From IMG/VR virus record IMGVR_UViG_3300002307_000174, positions 1 to 29,506 of that record: a stretch of 29,506 nucleotides of DNA, one strand, 5' to 3'. This DNA comes from a virus (lineage: Duplodnaviria > Caudoviricetes). Both the position numbers and the translations under genes were made by a program. The notes beneath the pieces are model-generated. The model had not been told where the DNA came from. It made no database searches and saw nothing but the letters and a program-made list of their open reading frames with translations. Positions 25,423 through 29,506 of this stretch are shown here, in pieces (positions within the stretch are counted from its first letter, which is position 1; each line of letters opens with the position of its first letter).

Positions 25423-26799
25423 TTAGATCACGATAGAAAAATCACCCGCGGCATACCAGCCTTCATATGACTTGATCCACATCCCCTCAGCAGGAACATA
25501 ACGATATTGAACTTGGGTAGTAATATTTGTCACGAACTGCACAGTTGTCGCAGCTTGTGCATCAAATGCTACGAACCATTGCATAGTAGTCGCGTCAAAC
25601 TGAATGATATCATTTGCATACGCTACTAGCCCGCCCCAAGCGATAGTAGTGTCACCTTCATATCCTATGTTTTCAACGATGAGATATCTCTTTCCTGGAG
25701 TAGGTCCTGGAAGACCCGCATTTGGTCCTGTTAGCAGTGGGTTTATCACGCTATCCACGGGGTCAAGTGTATTTTGTGGTAAGGTATCAGTGTCTACATT
25801 GAAGATGAGAAAACGATCATCAGTTGGATTAGGCACGATAGTACCTACAATGTCTCCATCCATATACGGATTCTGTAACCAGATTTGGGATATACCTGGT
25901 CTCACTGCGCCATAAAGATTCAGGTAGGCTGACCAATATAGACTCGTATTGGGACTGTTTGGAAGGATAAGATCATCATTTGGGGGAGTGAATGGCTCAT
26001 CTTGTGGTAATAGCTGTAGAGTATTACCTGTATATAGTAGTTTATACCCGTATGGAGTAATCTTCTGTCTCGTGCCTAGCAGTAGATCATCATTCTGCAC
26101 ATCTTGCAATGCATTCCCTTGATAGATAGAAGCAATAATCTTTTCAACGACCCCATACTTCTTGAGTTTAGATGCTGTAGTGATCCAAATCGGCATGTAG
26201 AACTTCCAAGACATGATGTCAATCGGATTACCCGAACCTACTGGAATACTACGACTCGTAAATGTCAAGCCATCTTGGAAAACAGCGGACAGCGAAGTCC
26301 AGTCTACAAAGTTGTCTGTGCTTTGAATCTCAAACGCTGGATTGAAGAGGGTGCCTAGCTGTTCAAGAAGTTCAAGTTTTTGGTTGTAGTTAGTAGTCCA
26401 GAAGTCTACTGTCACTCTCAATGTATAAGGAACCGGCATCAATCGTTCAATAGTAAATGCTTGTCCTTGTGTAGTTTCATATGATTGGGATTCCTGATTA
26501 TAAGTGCGTTGTCTAACATTAAGCTTGTCAACGAAAGTAGGATCCTGTGTCCACTTTTGATTATATTCTAATCCACTGATGTAGTAGGTGATTAGTGGTG
26601 CAGTCGGTAGATTGCTAGCACTATTGTTTGCAATAATGGTAGCAGCCTGACGACTACTATCACCATACATGATAGGAACCCGGACGATTATAGGATTACC
26701 GTTAGGATCATTACCCCTAGTCACATTCCAGCTTGAAAATACCTTAGCAAATTGGATCAGAAAGCGTCGTATCTGGTTATCGAAGAAGAAATCGGCCAA
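25423..26799 (-). CDS. tail completion / sheath stabilizer (T4 gp15-like) with C-terminal extension
   Basis: FFFDNQIRRFLIQF, RVPIMYG, PVPYTL, LLEQLGTLFNP; real start probably TTG 26799 with AAAGGA RBS and TAAATA (26819-26824). Confidence 0.7.
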   Translation of the reverse strand: MADFFFDNQIRRFLIQFAKVFSSWNVTRGNDPNGNPIIVRVPIMYGDSSRQAATIIANNSASNLPTAPLITYYISGLEYNQKWTQDPTFVDKLNVRQRTYNQESQSYETTQGQAFTIERLMPVPYTLRVTVDFWTTNYNQKLELLEQLGTLFNPAFEIQSTDNFVDWTSLSAVFQDGLTFTSRSIPVGSGNPIDIMSWKFYMPIWITTASKLKKYGVVEKIIASIYQGNALQDVQNDDLLLGTRQKITPYGYKLLYTGNTLQLLPQDEPFTPPNDDLILPNSPNTSLYWSAYLNLYGAVRPGISQIWLQNPYMDGDIVGTIVPNPTDDRFLIFNVDTDTLPQNTLDPVDSVINPLLTGPNAGLPGPTPGKRYLIVENIGYEGDTTIAWGGLVAYANDIIQFDATTMQWFVAFDAQAATTVQFVTNITTQVQYRYVPAEGMWIKSYEGWYAAGDFSIVI

Positions 26800-26827
26800 T
26801 GTTATAGTTCCTTTATTGTATTTAGTA

Positions 26828-27511
26828 TTAGTGTTTATGGTATCTTCCAAATACCGGCTTAGAAACCTCAATCCTACAATGGTCGCACCAAACCATAATC
26901 TTGTTTGGGTCAGTTCTATCAGCCCTGTTAAATGGATGTTTGTTTTCTTGAACAAGGGCCATTGCCTTTTCCTTCTGTTGTTTTTTAAAGGTTTCTTGTT
27001 GGAATGGATGTTCTCCTTGAGTAGATTGCAATAAAGCCTTTTCCCTCATTCTATTTTTATGCGTATCCTGCTGTAGGTGGTGTATGCCCTGCTCAACTAA
27101 CAACTTGTGAGACTGACTACGCTTTTCTTTAGTAGATTCTTTTACAGGTTTACCGTATAAAGGATGATTCTCTCCTTTACGATCCCTGGATTTCCTTAGG
27201 CTGTCAGCTTTAATAAACTCCGGATCTTGGAAGTGATGTGTTCCTGCAGTAACTCTTTTGTTCGCTAATTCGGAACACCGTTTACTTTTTTCATCGGATG
27301 AAATTTTCATCCTATTCACTAAACTTTGACAAGCGGCCCAATCACCTTGAGAATAGTGTATGTCATAATGGTCTTGGATAGTGACAAGTTTCAGATTTTC
27401 TAATGAATTATTTGTTCTTTTTCCATCAATATGGTGAATTTCCATACGACGACCTGTTACATCATATGGTATCGGACCATTAGCAGCTTCCCAAATCTTT
27501 CTATACGACAT
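26828..27511 (-). mobile_element. free-standing HNH homing endonuclease
   Basis: EIHHIDGKRTNNSLENLKLVTIQDHYDIH; repeated GxH[HP][FL]Q motifs; CDHC C-terminus; AGGAG RBS and TAAATA (27529-27534); lies between two neck genes. Confidence 0.85.
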
Positions 27512-27553
27512 AAACATCTCCTATGACGTATTTATGCCAGTACGAGAATATCT

Positions 27554-29269
27554 TTATATTACAGGTGGTATTATGCTAGGAGCAGTAGTCAATATTGTTG
27601 ATAGTGGCTGCAATTCCGGAACTGTACTGCCGTCACTATTTACATATATATTATTCGGGTCATTAATAAAGCTATTGAGTAGAGACTGGTTTGTAGCATC
27701 AGCGAATCCAGTTTCAGTTCTTACATTTTCGGAGATTCTTATCCACCGTGTGCCTTCCCAGCGATAGAGTATCTGAGGTAGATAATCTATACGCAAGAAG
27801 TAATCCCCGACCTGCGGATTCTGCGGGAAAGATATTCCAGCACCAGTTGGGAAACCGTTTGGTGCTTGACCATCGCCTGTCATATATCCGCTCATATATC
27901 CGAATGTTTTTGGAGTTGAGCGTGTGATATATTGATAACCCGGAACGCAGTCTGCACGGTAGTCCATATTGATTGTGATGTCTCCGGTAAATCCGGGAAG
28001 TTCTGGATTCTGGTCTGCGGTTGCATATGTATTGTCAGCAGTTCCATATGGTCCTGTTATCATGCCCATTGGATCAACAGTTAGCATCCTCATACCTGAT
28101 ACAGGACCTGAGCCACCACCAGTCAGAACCGGAGCTTCGGTAACCACAGTTAGTTCTACTTGATTGAACTTGTCAAGCCTGACTTCTGGAACAGCATCAA
28201 CTGTCATGTCCCAAATACTTTGCAGGGCCTGCTTGCTTATCTTGATGCCGGCAGCAGCACTTTTGTATCTAGGACTACGAATCATCATGACCGTACCGGC
28301 AATCGCTGCTTCGGTAGACCGGTCAACCACGATATCAATTGGTGGAGCAGGTTGATTCGTTTTATCTGATAGAACACCGTTTGCTTCATACACGCCGTAT
28401 GTAGGAACGATGTATAGATTGGATTGGTCGTATCCAGATTTTGGAAGTAGCCTCTCTGCTTCTTTAAGGTTCGCGTCATTGATAGAGATATTTTTGTTAT
28501 AAGTTGACAGGATATCAGCAAGACTTCCGTTATCAATCGGTTTCCAATAAGCAGCGTCCGGAGGAGTAACGCCAGGAGGAACATTCGTAGTTGATTCGTA
28601 GATGATGCCACCGTAAGTCACAGTGTATCCTGGCGGATATGTCTTGTTAGGGTCAAAGTCTCCAAGGTAGTTGTCCTGATTGATTGGTGCATTGAGAATA
28701 TCGGCAAACTCCTCAGAGTTGACGAGAGGTTCACACTTTATACGCCATAAATGTGGATACCATGTCTGCGTGAATCCTTCACTCGCGTAGTTAGAGTCAG
28801 TAATCTGCATATACCTTTTCAACGCGACTGGAATCTTCTCGTCTAATGGATTGTAGTCAAGTAGATGAGGAAGTTCTAGAACATCACCCACCATCAACTT
28901 ACGACCTATGATGTCAATCATATCATTATAGTGAACGGTAATGAAGAGGATGTCATTGTTAAGAAACAATCCAAATTGGCTTAGATCAAAGTCTAGATTT
29001 TGAACGTTGTAGTGTCCACGAAGACGATAGATGTTAGGATCATACTTTCTATCCCTATTTTCTAGAAAGAGTAGATCCTGAATCTGCGTAGGATTAGGCT
29101 CTAGATATTGTGGTTCAGTGTAGTTGTCTGACGGACCTTGATTCGTGATACCAGCATACTTATGAATGTATAGGTCTGTACCACCGACCGTCAGCATTTC
29201 TGCGATAGTCCGGTCTAGGAACCGATAATCATTCTGTTTATTAGGTCTCCAAAGTGACAGCCTAGGCAT
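27554..29269 (-). CDS. neck / head completion protein (T4 gp14-like) with extension
   Basis: GGTDLYIHKY, DLLFLENRDRKYD, LSQFGLF, GDVLELPH; adjacent to the gp15-like gene; AGGAG RBS and TAAATA (29286-29291). Confidence 0.65.
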   Translation of the reverse strand: MPRLSLWRPNKQNDYRFLDRTIAEMLTVGGTDLYIHKYAGITNQGPSDNYTEPQYLEPNPTQIQDLLFLENRDRKYDPNIYRLRGHYNVQNLDFDLSQFGLFLNNDILFITVHYNDMIDIIGRKLMVGDVLELPHLLDYNPLDEKIPVALKRYMQITDSNYASEGFTQTWYPHLWRIKCEPLVNSEEFADILNAPINQDNYLGDFDPNKTYPPGYTVTYGGIIYESTTNVPPGVTPPDAAYWKPIDNGSLADILSTYNKNISINDANLKEAERLLPKSGYDQSNLYIVPTYGVYEANGVLSDKTNQPAPPIDIVVDRSTEAAIAGTVMMIRSPRYKSAAAGIKISKQALQSIWDMTVDAVPEVRLDKFNQVELTVVTEAPVLTGGGSGPVSGMRMLTVDPMGMITGPYGTADNTYATADQNPELPGFTGDITINMDYRADCVPGYQYITRSTPKTFGYMSGYMTGDGQAPNGFPTGAGISFPQNPQVGDYFLRIDYLPQILYRWEGTRWIRISENVRTETGFADATNQSLLNSFINDPNNIYVNSDGSTVPELQPLSTILTTAPSIIPPVI

Positions 29270-29315
29270 ACTATTCTCCTATCTTTATTTATCGTATTTT
29301 TTATTATAAAAAAGG

Positions 29316-29344
29316 TTGACAGTGGTTACTCATTTTGCTATTGT
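29316..29344 (+). promoter_or_regulatory. sigma70-type early promoter
   Basis: TTGACA (29316-29321), 17 nt, TGc-TATTGT (29339-29344). Confidence 0.75.
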
Positions 29345-29375
29345 AAATCATCAGGCATCAGGCATGAGGACGATA

Positions 29376-29506
29376 ATGGAAACCCCGACAAAGCATGTTC
29401 TTCCGAATGGCACCAAAGAATGGTATCTGAACGGCAAATATCACCGAGAAGATGGCCCGGCGATTGAATATGCAAATGGCACCAAAGAATGGTTCCGAAA
29501 CGGCAA
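29376..29506 (+). CDS. HREDGPA/MORN-like repeat protein, copy C (3'-truncated)
   Basis: GAGGA RBS; METPTKHVLPNGTKEWYLNGKYHREDGPAIEYANGTKEWFRNG... Confidence 0.85.
   Translation, partial: METPTKHVLPNGTKEWYLNGKYHREDGPAIEYANGTKEWFRNG

Noticed and set aside
26800-26955. N-terminal 52 aa of the 510-aa ORF call
   Set aside because: Overlaps the HNH gene; the TAAATA, RBS and gp15-like sequence support a TTG start at 26799.
1-29506. Classical diversity-generating retroelement
   Set aside because: No reverse transcriptase, avd or non-coding template repeat in the window, and wobble adenines in the repeats are invariant; kept only as a hypothesis to test genome-wide.
1-29506. Complete circular phage genome
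   Set aside because: No terminase, portal, major capsid or sheath gene recognised, and no exact terminal overlap.
1-29506. Stop-codon reassignment
   Set aside because: Recognisable genes are full-length in the standard code, and TAA, TAG and TGA all terminate genes at tight junctions.

Overview
A 29.5-kb fragment of a large dsDNA tailed bacteriophage with distant T4-like (myovirus) affinities, using the standard genetic code; no capsid, terminase or portal gene is in the window. From left to right: an early accessory region with paralogous 23-aa 'HREDGPA' (MORN-like) repeat proteins and sigma70 promoters; an AAA+ ATPase; a UvsW-like helicase; a gp62-like clamp-loader subunit; a cluster of small proteins sharing a C-terminal motif; an HNH homing endonuclease; a DEDDh exonuclease coupled to a 191-aa miniature DnaE (family C polymerase)-like protein; peptide deformylase; primase and DnaB-like helicase; late/virion genes each preceded by TAAATA; a PD-(D/E)XK nuclease; tail fibre-like proteins; a Nudix hydrolase; and gp15- and gp14-like neck genes separated by a second HNH endonuclease. 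Both window ends lie inside HREDGPA-repeat genes. The most interesting signals are the mini-DnaE, the mostly nonsynonymous diversification of the HREDGPA repeats, the repeated leaderless-promoter layout and two structured 5' leaders. All product calls come from motif recognition by eye, not from database searches.
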